Origin: an uncultured candidate division Zixibacteria bacterium
GTDB lineage: Bacteria; Zixibacteria; MSB-5A5; GN15; FEB-12
NCBI GenBank assembly: GCA_937900185.1
Contig: CALCCW010000295.1
Span: 1 to 47,772, forward strand
Reading direction: 5' to 3'
DNA: 47,772 nt
Shown here: positions 39,701 to 47,772 of the stretch, in pieces
How the letters are laid out: the number at the start of each line of letters is the position of its first letter
Numbering within the stretch: the stretch's first letter is position 1
Translations under genes and position numbers: made by a program
The notes under the pieces: generated by a model
The model's database searches: none
Told to the model about the DNA's origin: nothing
Seen by the model: only the letters and a program-made list of their open reading frames with translations

Positions 39701-40558
39701 TTATTTCCGTTTGCTTTCATTACAAGCTTCTTCCAGTTCAATAAAACTGGGGCGAACATCGGCAAATAGAGTTCGACGGGCAAATTCAACAGCAATAACA
39801 CCTGCCACACCTTTATTAAACGAGAGCAATGCATGTTTCATACAACTGATATACTGTATATCTTCATTTACTCGAAATTTCATATTGGCAGAAATTGGTC
39901 CCAAGAAACCGTAACACATCAAAATCCCTAAGAATGTTCCAACTAAAGCAGCCCCTACTTTTTCTCCGATTTCTTCAGGCGGTCCGTCAATTGCTCCCAT
40001 TGTAATAACAATACCTAATACCGCAGCAACAATACCTAAACCAGGCAATGAATCAGAAACCGTACTTAAGGCGTGTGACGGATGTAGTTCCTCTTCTCTT
40101 AAGGCATCAATATCATTATCCATAAGGTCTTCTAAGTCAGTCGGCTGAACTGCTCCTGAAATAATAACTCTCATCGTATCTGCGAAGAAATTTATTGCAT
40201 GATGATTTTTAAGAAATTTAGGATACCGTTTAAAAATTTCGGAATCTTCGGGATGTTCGACATGATTTTCTAACCCGATAAGACCATCTTTTCTGGCAAT
40301 ATTAAAAATCTCAAACATCATAACCAACAGGTCTTGATAATCTTTTTTTCTATAAGCCGTGCTAAATAATCCGGTTACCTGACTTACCATACATTTAATA
40401 ACATTTATTGGATTTGCTATGACCATAGAACCTAAAGCAGCCCCGCCGATGATAAGGAGTTCAAATGGTTGGTAGAGTGCTAATATATGCCCGCCTTCAA
40501 AAACATAGCCGGTAAGAATAGATCCAATAACAATAACCGCACCAATAATTATAAACAT
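39701..40558 (-). CDS. motA: Flagellar stator protein MotA
   Basis: QPFELLIIGGAA, RKDGLIGLE, PGLGIVAAVLG, AALVGTFLGI and AVEFARR motifs. Confidence 0.94.
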   Translation of the reverse strand: MFIIIGAVIVIGSILTGYVFEGGHILALYQPFELLIIGGAALGSMVIANPINVIKCMVSQVTGLFSTAYRKKDYQDLLVMMFEIFNIARKDGLIGLENHVEHPEDSEIFKRYPKFLKNHHAINFFADTMRVIISGAVQPTDLEDLMDNDIDALREEELHPSHALSTVSDSLPGLGIVAAVLGIVITMGAIDGPPEEIGEKVGAALVGTFLGILMCYGFLGPISANMKFRVNEDIQYISCMKHALLSFNKGVAGVIAVEFARRTLFADVRPSFIELEEACNESKRK

Positions 40559-40773
40559 AGTATACTCTTCAATTTTTTATTTTCAGGTTTACTGCTCTTT
40601 CTATTATTTTCGTCAGTTTTTTGATAAACATGAGCATTTATTATTGATGAAAAACCAATTACAATTAAACCCCTATATGAAATTTTAATACGATTTCAGA
40701 TAAAAAACTTGTACATTTTAAGACATTGCTTTACATTTTCGCCAGTAAAGAATAAAAACAAATAGGAGTTCAG

Positions 40774-42108
40774 ATGCGTTTTATTACCACAAAGAGATTT
40801 TTTATACTTTTAGCTTTTTCATTAGTTTATGCAGGGTACAATATGGCTTATGCCTCCTCAGGCGGCGAATCAAGTGATAGTGGGTTGATTCTTAACATAC
40901 TTTTAGAACTAATGGTGATACTCTTAGCTGCCAAATTAGGTGGAGATTTATTTGAACGATTTCATCAACCGGCTGTATTGGGCGAATTAGTTATCGGAAT
41001 GCTTATCGGAAATTTACAACTTGTCGGTATTGATTTATTTGCAACCTTTCAGCATGATTTGACTTTAGAGATTCTTGCAGAACTCGGTGTTATAATCCTT
41101 CTGTTTGAAGTCGGCTTGGAGTCTACGGTAAAAGATATGATGAAAGTCGGGGTAACATCATTTATGGTTGCTGTGTTTGGTGTGATCGCTCCATTCTTTT
41201 TAGGATGGGGAGTTGCTATTTGGTTTTTACCTGAAGCTGAAACATTGGTACATCTGTTTATAGGTGCAACTTTAAAGGCAACATCGGTAGGTATCACAGC
41301 TCGGGTTTTAAAAGATATTGAGAAGATACAGACCAAAGAAGAAAAAATTATTTTAGGTGCAGCTGTAATTGATGATATTTTGGGGTTAATAATTTTGGCG
41401 GTTGTCACCGGTATTATTTCAGCAGCTAATCAAGGTGGTGCCAGTATTGAATCTTTTGATATCTTTATAATTGTTGCTAAGGCTGTTCTATTTATTGTCG
41501 GTGCTGTTGTATTAGGTTCATACGTACTTCCGCATTTCTTTAATTTAGCATTTAAACTAAAAGTAAAAGGTGTCTTTTTATCTATCTGTTTGTTTATATG
41601 TTTTGCACTTGCCTATATAGCAGGGAAGATTGATTTAGCCCCGATAGTTGGTGCCTTTGCTGCCGGTTTGATTTTAGAAGATGTTCATTTTACCAAATTT
41701 CGCGAAAGAGGCGAACATACTATTGAAGAATTAATTGAACCTTTGGCTGTCTTTTTGGTTCCGATATTTTTTGTACGGATGGGTATGATGGTTGATTTGA
41801 CAACTTTTGCCAAAGTTGAAATTTTAGGATTTGCGACAGTATTGACTCTTGCTGCTATTTTAGGTAAACAAGTTTGTTCGCTGGCAATTTTTGATAAATC
41901 GGTCAATAAATTTGCTATTGGATTAGGTATGATACCTCGTGGCGAAGTCGGACTAATATTTGCCGGAATTGGAGCAAAGCTGGTTCTTGACGGACAGGAT
42001 GTTATATCTCCAGCAACATATTCTGCGGTGGTTATTATGGTTATTGTAACGACCTTGGTGACACCTCCTGCTTTGAAAATTTCAATGCTTAAAGGTGAAA
42101 AAAAATAG
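40774..42108 (+). CDS. CPA2 cation:proton antiporter (NapA-like)
   Basis: QPAVLGEL, LLFEVGLE, ATSVGIT, AAVIDD and MIPRGEVGL motifs. Confidence 0.92.
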   Translation: MRFITTKRFFILLAFSLVYAGYNMAYASSGGESSDSGLILNILLELMVILLAAKLGGDLFERFHQPAVLGELVIGMLIGNLQLVGIDLFATFQHDLTLEILAELGVIILLFEVGLESTVKDMMKVGVTSFMVAVFGVIAPFFLGWGVAIWFLPEAETLVHLFIGATLKATSVGITARVLKDIEKIQTKEEKIILGAAVIDDILGLIILAVVTGIISAANQGGASIESFDIFIIVAKAVLFIVGAVVLGSYVLPHFFNLAFKLKVKGVFLSICLFICFALAYIAGKIDLAPIVGAFAAGLILEDVHFTKFRERGEHTIEELIEPLAVFLVPIFFVRMGMMVDLTTFAKVEILGFATVLTLAAILGKQVCSLAIFDKSVNKFAIGLGMIPRGEVGLIFAGIGAKLVLDGQDVISPATYSAVVIMVIVTTLVTPPALKISMLKGEKK

Positions 42109-42132
42109 TATTTTATTATATATAAAATATGA

Positions 42133-42168
42133 AAAGCGGCAACCATTTAAATGGCTGCCGTTTTTTTT
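42133..42168. terminator. Bidirectional terminator
   Basis: AAAAGCGGCAACCAT-TTAA-ATGGCTGCCG followed by a T-run, between convergent genes. Confidence 0.65.
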
Positions 42169-42352
42169 AAGGTCTTCCGGTAGCTATGCCACCAAAGAAA
42201 AAAGCAAAACCTAAGATTTTATCACAATGAGGACAGGTATACATAACCTCTTTTTTAACAAGTCCTTCAACTTCTTTTTGAATTTCATCTCTGTTTTCTT
42301 TTTTTGTTGATTCAAGCGATACCGTTTGGCTGCAGTAAGGACATAATGGCAT
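42167..42352 (-). CDS. Small zinc-ribbon protein
   Basis: CPYC...CPHC; GGAG RBS. Confidence 0.7.
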   Translation of the reverse strand: MPLCPYCSQTVSLESTKKENRDEIQKEVEGLVKKEVMYTCPHCDKILGFAFFFGGIATGRP

Positions 42353-42433
42353 AAAATTCTCCGTTTAAAATTAAGCTTTTAATATTACATATAAGGTACT
42401 AACCGACAGGTTAAATATTCAATTTTTTTTAAT

Positions 42434-42523
42434 AATAAGAAGACTTGACAATCGACACAACTTCTCTATATTGTTCATCCTATACCGCGGGGTGGAGTCC
42501 GCCCAGGCGGAGTAGCTCGTCGG
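42434..42523 (+). repeat. Duplicated tRNA-fMet promoter plus disrupted tRNA 5' half
   Basis: 42434..42497 equals 42771..42834 (64 bp, 1 mismatch); the D-loop region is replaced by TCCGCCCAGGCGGA, then GTAGCTCGTCGG resumes. Confidence 0.9.
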
Positions 42524-42533
42524 AAAACAATTC

Positions 42534-42785
42534 ATGTACATAACTTATGTCATCAAATCAGAATCAGATAACTTATACACAGGTCATACAAACAATTTAG
42601 AACGAAGATTATTTGAACATAATAATGGGTTGTGTAAAACGACAAAAGTTAATAAAAATTGGAAAGTAATTTTTACTAAGTCATTTCCTACTCGTTCGGA
42701 AGCAATGAAACATGAAAAATGGTTAAAAACCGGTCATGGTCGAGATTTTATTAAAAGCTATATGAATTCAAATAAGAAGACTTGA
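42534..42785 (+). CDS. Small GIY-YIG nuclease (UPF0213-like)
   Basis: YITYVI...LYTGHTNNLERRL.EHN.G...EAMKHEKWLK. Confidence 0.88.
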   Translation: MYITYVIKSESDNLYTGHTNNLERRLFEHNNGLCKTTKVNKNWKVIFTKSFPTRSEAMKHEKWLKTGHGRDFIKSYMNSNKKT

Positions 42786-42822
42786 CAATCGGCACAACTT
42801 CTCTATATTGTTCATCCTATAC

Positions 42823-42899
<77 letters not shown>

Positions 42900-42906
42900 A
42901 ATTTAA

Positions 42907-42943
42907 GTCCCTGAAGCTTAACAGCTTTGGGGATTTCTTTTTT
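42907..42943 (+). terminator. Terminator after the tRNA
   Basis: GTCCCTGAAGCT...AGCTTTGGGGAT followed by a T-rich tract. Confidence 0.65.
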
Positions 42944-43281
42944 GTCCATAAATAATTGACTTTCTAACAGTCCCGACTACACCGCTTCAACCTTAACAAT
43001 TTGATACTACTCAAATAACAAAATATCACCATAATTAGATACAATAAGACTTGAATAAGCACTATTCTTTTGCTATATTTACAGTGAGTTTTTGTCGGAC
43101 TTCAAAATTAGCCCCCCAAAACTTAATAATGTTTTAAGCAATAGCAACTGTTGGCTGATGAATTAATTATGCTTAATAATTGTTACTTGTGGGAAACTGC
43201 GAGATTTCGACCAGATTTTTATTGGAGTATCTCATACGGAACTATTGAGTTTTAAAAAAATAATTTATGAAAGAGAAATAA

Positions 43282-44385
43282 ATGAAAGTATCCAATACTC
43301 GAGCATCTATCCCGCTGCAGTTTGATTCTCATCGAGGTATTAAATCAGCAGATAAACTTATAAATAAACCGGGGTATCTGCTTGGTATAATCGAAGAATT
43401 TGATAACAACCATTTACCTTATATCTCCACTTGTGAAGCCTTGGGGGTTCATTACAAAACTCTCGATATCTCAGGCTCTGATTGGATAAAAGTCATACAA
43501 AGTAGCGGATGTGATGCTTTTCTTGTTTGGCCCTCCTTCAAGGTGAGCATACAGAAACGTATGTTCGACGAACGATTGAAGATAATAGTTGATGAAATGC
43601 ACATGATCATTTACCCAACCTGCGATGAAGTTTGGTTGAATGAAAGTAAACTGCGGATGTCTTATTGGCTGGAATCGCATAACATACCGCATACTAAGAC
43701 ATGGGTATACTATTCCGACGAACAAGCATTTAAATTTGCTGAAAATGCCGACTTACCGATTGTAGTAAAACACGATATGGGCTCAAGGAGTGCAGGAGTG
43801 GAGATTCTTTATAACCGCACTGAACTTTTGCATTATGTTAATAATCGTTTCGGGAAAGGGCTTGTTTGCCGAGGAGCCGACAGCCGGGATAGTGAATGGG
43901 GTTATATTCTGTTTCAGGAATTCCTCCCGGATGTAGCCGAATGGCGAATGATTAGAATCGGAGAGTCATATTTCGGACATCAGAAACTTGCAGATGGGGC
44001 ATTTCATAGTGGTTCCGGAAAAGTGGGATGGTATAATCCTCCTATTGAACTGTTGGACTTTATTCGCGAGCTAACTGACAATGCCGGATACACAGCAATC
44101 AATGTGGACATCTTTGAAACTCCTGATGGACATTTTGTCGTTAATGAGATTCAGTCGCACTTTGCTGCCTACATAGAGTCTCAAATGTACATCGACGGCA
44201 AACCGGGTCGATATTTATATGATTATTCCAACGAAGAATGGCGATTTGAAGAAGGTGTTTTTTGCCGGAACAGTTGCTGTGATCTACGGGTAAAAGAACT
44301 TCTCAATCAACTTGATAGAGCAGCATCCCAATTATCGCTGCATGATGTTGAAAAACTCGCACGAAAAAATGTAATTAATATTTGA
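43282..44385 (+). CDS. ATP-grasp (RimK-like) ligase
   Basis: ESKL, LPIVVK...GSRSAGV, LFQEFLP..EWR and VDIFE...VVNEIQ motifs. Confidence 0.82.
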   Translation: MKVSNTRASIPLQFDSHRGIKSADKLINKPGYLLGIIEEFDNNHLPYISTCEALGVHYKTLDISGSDWIKVIQSSGCDAFLVWPSFKVSIQKRMFDERLKIIVDEMHMIIYPTCDEVWLNESKLRMSYWLESHNIPHTKTWVYYSDEQAFKFAENADLPIVVKHDMGSRSAGVEILYNRTELLHYVNNRFGKGLVCRGADSRDSEWGYILFQEFLPDVAEWRMIRIGESYFGHQKLADGAFHSGSGKVGWYNPPIELLDFIRELTDNAGYTAINVDIFETPDGHFVVNEIQSHFAAYIESQMYIDGKPGRYLYDYSNEEWRFEEGVFCRNSCCDLRVKELLNQLDRAASQLSLHDVEKLARKNVINI

Positions 44386-44407
44386 TTTACAGAATAGGAA
44401 CAAAATA

Positions 44408-45502
44408 ATGAAAGTCACAATCATTGGTGCCGGAAATGCGGGCTTATCGCATGCCGCTATGATAACCAAACAAGGTCATCAGGTTACAATTGTAAAAACA
44501 ACTCGTTTGATGTACGAAGATTCTTTTGATGTATTGATTCAGAAAAAACAAATAGAATACGAGAAAGGCGACGATAAGGGCGTAGTCAGCATTGAGAAAG
44601 CGACACGAGATATTCCCGATGCCGTTTCTCAAGCGGACGTAATCTTTATCTTGACGCAAAGTGTCGCCCACGAAAAACTCTCTGAACTGATCTCGCCTCA
44701 TCTGCGAAACGGACAGATTCTGCTTGTCTCGCCGGGCTATGCCGGAAGTTTCTTTTTTTCGACAAAATGCAAGGGGAAAGGTGTTGTGTTCGCCGAAGGC
44801 GAATCGATAGCTTTTGATTCCCGAATTATCGCTCCGGGAAAAGTTAATATTTGTTTTGAAAACATTCGCAACCCTATCGGTGTTTTCCCATCTGAAAAAA
44901 CTGAGGAGACACTGAAAGTTTTGAAGGAAATTATTCCCAGATTTACCGCCAGACAGAATATATTGGAATCAGCATTTCACAATCCGAACCTTATCGTTCA
45001 CACCGTGGGTACAATAATGTCAGTTGCTCGAATTGAAAACAGTAAGGGCGATTTTTGGATGTATCGCGAGTCCTTTACACCTACAATCATGAAATTGGTT
45101 GGAGATTTGGATGCTGAAAAAATGGCAATACTGAAATATTTCGAGTTACCTACTCAGAGTTTCGCAGAATCATTCCAGTTCCGAACTTACGATGATCTCA
45201 GTGCGGATCCAATGGAAGCTCTTCGCCACTACGCAGAATTCGGATCACCTAAGGGACCTGTTGACGCACAAACTCGCTATATCACCGAGGATGTTCCGAT
45301 GGGTCTGTGCTTCATGTCTTCAATTGGAAAAAAGGCAAATATCCCCACTCCTGTATGCGATGCACTAATCTCTATCGCATCCGCGATGCATCAAAAAGAT
45401 TACTACGCAGAGGGAAGAACACTTGGTCAACTTGGTATTGACCACTATTCTGTCAGTGAGTTGAAGAATATCCTCGAGATGGGTTTTCCACCCAATGCAT
45501 AA
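44408..45502 (+). CDS. NAD/NADP opine (octopine/nopaline) dehydrogenase family
   Basis: IIGAGNAG, NPNLIVH and RYITEDVPMGL motifs. Confidence 0.9.
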   Translation: MKVTIIGAGNAGLSHAAMITKQGHQVTIVKTTRLMYEDSFDVLIQKKQIEYEKGDDKGVVSIEKATRDIPDAVSQADVIFILTQSVAHEKLSELISPHLRNGQILLVSPGYAGSFFFSTKCKGKGVVFAEGESIAFDSRIIAPGKVNICFENIRNPIGVFPSEKTEETLKVLKEIIPRFTARQNILESAFHNPNLIVHTVGTIMSVARIENSKGDFWMYRESFTPTIMKLVGDLDAEKMAILKYFELPTQSFAESFQFRTYDDLSADPMEALRHYAEFGSPKGPVDAQTRYITEDVPMGLCFMSSIGKKANIPTPVCDALISIASAMHQKDYYAEGRTLGQLGIDHYSVSELKNILEMGFPPNA

Positions 45503-45637
45503 ATCAACTCCGTGAAGTCAGTCGCCAATGGAAAGGAACCAATCTGATATTGATATACCCCTCTTGCTAACAGAATTAGCCAAAACAACAGAAAATACCT
45601 GACAGGTTGTTTTCCATAAATATTTGCTATTACTATA

Positions 45638-45808
45638 GGGCTTGCTAATAAACCCTCCATTCAGTCTTTGCGAGTCGAGTGAGTGATAACAAACGAGACG
45701 TGGCAATCTATAACTTAGTTCTTAACAAAAACATAAGATTGCTGCACTTCGTCCGCCTTTGCGGACTCCGTTCGCAATGATAGGAAATTGGACTTTATCA
45801 ACAAGCCC
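45638..45808. mobile_element. Second MITE-like element with the same ends and different interior
   Basis: GGGCTTGCTAATAAACCC...GGACTTTATCAACAAGCCC; interior GTCTTTGCGAG...GCAATC/GATTGC...TTCGCAATGA palindrome. Confidence 0.6.
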
Positions 45809-46013
45809 TTTTGGGTCGTTTTTTTTGCAGGACACAAATGGCAGGGTTCAAACCTATTTCCTGCTGTCTAATTGAATGGCGTTCTGAGTCACAACGACTT
45901 AGAAATATAACTACATGAGATAGTTTTTGAACTAACGCTAATTTCATTTCTTCAAATTAAATTTTGTGAATTATACAAACTTTGATACAGGTGAAAAGAG
46001 TTTAATTGATGAC

Positions 46014-46047
46014 AAAAAAGGGACAGACTTTTTCATCTGTCCCTTTT
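46014..46047. terminator. Terminator
   Basis: AAAAGGGACAGA...TCTGTCCCTTTT. Confidence 0.7.
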
Positions 46048-46065
46048 AATTATCAAGTTATAGAT

Positions 46066-47735
46066 TTATTTTAGCAATAACATTTTCTTGGTTTCGACAT
46101 GGTCACCGGCTTGGAAACGGTAAAAATACATTCCCGATGAAACTTTTTGACCAAGGGAATTATTACCATCCCAACTGATTTTATATGTTCCGGCACCGAC
46201 GGTACCATTAACAAGTGTCCGTACTTTTTGACCATTGATATTAAAAATTTCAATCAAAACATCTGTTCGTGTCGGTACACTGTATTCAACAACTGTTGTC
46301 GGGTTAAACGGGTTCGGATAATTCTGACTTAATATAAAATTGTTTGGTAATTCAAAACCTATCTGGTCCCCAACATCTGTAGGTGATTCAGAAATTCCAA
46401 TAACAAATGGAGATAACGAAGTTGTACTGCCTGTTACTTTATTATTGATTACGTCAAGAACTTGTGTAATGTCAACCCATGTATTTCCATCATAGTGCCA
46501 CAGAGCAACAAGAGCTTCTTCCGCAGCAGTCATTCCGGCATCATCGTAGTTTAAGGTGATACTGATATTTCCGGTGTATTGTGCATCGGTTGAGATTTCA
46601 TAGTATCTTGGTGGGTCTGCAGGAAAAAGAGTGAAATTAGCTCCGGAAGCCGGTCCGTTGTCACTCACCGAGAGGTTTACATCACCCTGCTGATCCAACC
46701 ATATCGAAATTTAGGTTGACTGTATCTCCTGCGGGAGTGGCAAGATCAGTACCGCTATTGGCTCCCGACGAAAGTGACTGGGAATTTTCGCAGACATCAC
46801 CAACACCGTTACTATCAAGGTCTTCCTGCAACGGGTTATATCCATACGGACAGTTGTCACACAAATCTCCGATACCATCACCATCAGTATCTAGGGTATC
46901 TTCACAATTACCAATAACAAAATCCCCTAAAGTATATGTCCGTCCAACAATTGTATTGTAAAGAGTATTCGCAGGTGAAGAAGTAATATTTCTCCACGTA
47001 CCATCTATTTGTTGGAATATTTGCAGGTTCTCTTCTTGCCCGGAAACAAGATTGGTATCGAGGTAAGGCAGTTTGACTGTTATCATACCGCTGTAAACGG
47101 CATCAGTTGCAAAAGTATATTGTATCGGTCCCTGCCAGGGAATTTCTCTGATACCACTGGAATACTGAACCAGAGGAATAAGTTCAAAAGAGATCGGACC
47201 TTCTGCCAAGACGGTATCAAAAGTAAGTTGAGAATGAGAACCGCTCATGTCCCAGTCTCTTTCCCAAAACATGATGCCACGATTAATACCTGTGGGTAGA
47301 ATAGCGTCTTCCTCACACAAATCACCAATACCATCTGCATCGGAATCTTCTTGAGCAATATTTTTAAACCATTTGCAGTTATCACAAATATTGCTCCATA
47401 AATCACCGTCGAAATCATCGTTGCTCTGGCATTCCAAATTAGGGAAAGTACACCCATAAGTATATACAGCACCGCGTAAATTGTTATCATTAGTGGGATC
47501 TCCCGGTCCTTCGGCCCAAGTAGCTCCGATGGCAAAATTGGGATCGCCATCACCGTCGATATCCCCTAATCCGGCAACGGATGCACCCAATTTCTGATTG
47601 GTTCCGTATCTATCGTAAACTTCCATCAGTAACGAACCATCAGCCCCGGAGTAAATATAGACTTTCCCCTTATTATTGCCATAACGATATGCCCCCACGG
47701 CAAAATCTCCATAACCGTCATTACTTATATCACCA
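46066..47735 (-). CDS. C-terminal part of a large secreted protein (FG-GAP, thrombospondin type 3 repeats, FlgD-Ig/secretion tail) with one frameshift near 46690
   Basis: [30 protein letters not shown] and [11 protein letters not shown]...SGMYFYR...KKMLLLK; the two ORFs join if one G is removed; 5' end truncated. Confidence 0.8.
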
Positions 47736-47772
47736 AGATCGGAAGAGCGTCGTGTAGGGAAAGAGTGTAGAT
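47736..47772 (+). other. Illumina TruSeq adapter sequence (assembly artifact)
   Basis: AGATCGGAAGAGCGTCGTGTAGGGAAAGAGTGTAGAT matches the TruSeq universal adapter read-through. Confidence 0.97.

Noticed and set aside
38847-40558. Zorya ZorAB defence system
   Set aside because: MotA has normal length with no long tail, motifs are canonical flagellar ones, and there is no zorC, zorD or zorE
42485-42523. Second functional tRNA or intron-split tRNA
   Set aside because: Only the 5' portion is present with an altered D-arm, and the downstream tRNA is already complete
43282-44385. Graspetide (RiPP) biosynthesis
   Set aside because: No plausible precursor peptide is nearby, and the partner gene is an opine dehydrogenase
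46682-46684. Second Sec read-through TGA
   Set aside because: The continuation is in a different frame, so this is a frameshift

Overview
AT-rich bacterial contig segment. The multiheme load, FlgD-Ig/TSP3 surface protein and fused homoaconitase suggest an FCB-group organism such as Zixibacteria (inference only). From left to right it holds: a truncated, active-site-divergent 4-hydroxybutyryl-CoA dehydratase homolog; a GAF-GAF-PP2C phosphatase; TrmO; a DUF2975/XRE pair; and Rrf2 plus a quinol-dependent NO reductase. Next is a ~12 kb minus-strand electron-transfer locus (TetR, decaheme MtrA/DmsE, MtrB-like porin, ImcH-like, CbcL-like and other cytochromes, about 60 heme motifs). Its porin is split by an in-frame TGA followed by a SECIS-like hairpin, so it is probably a selenoprotein. 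Then come an HD-protein/homoaconitase/PrpD cluster interrupted by low-GC genes next to GTAG-type REP hairpins, and a redoxin plus Cys-rich secreted peptide. A HEPN-motif gene plus 65-aa gene module occurs twice in inverted orientation around a methyltransferase, mfd, a histone-like gene and a HinP1I/HhaI-like GCGC restriction-modification system. The right end has orphan motAB, a CPA2 antiporter, a GIY-YIG nuclease lying between a duplicated promoter/tRNA 5' half and an intact tRNA-fMet, an ATP-grasp plus opine dehydrogenase pair, and a frameshifted surface protein. The window ends in Illumina adapter sequence. All family assignments come from motif recognition and recalled reference sequences, not database searches.
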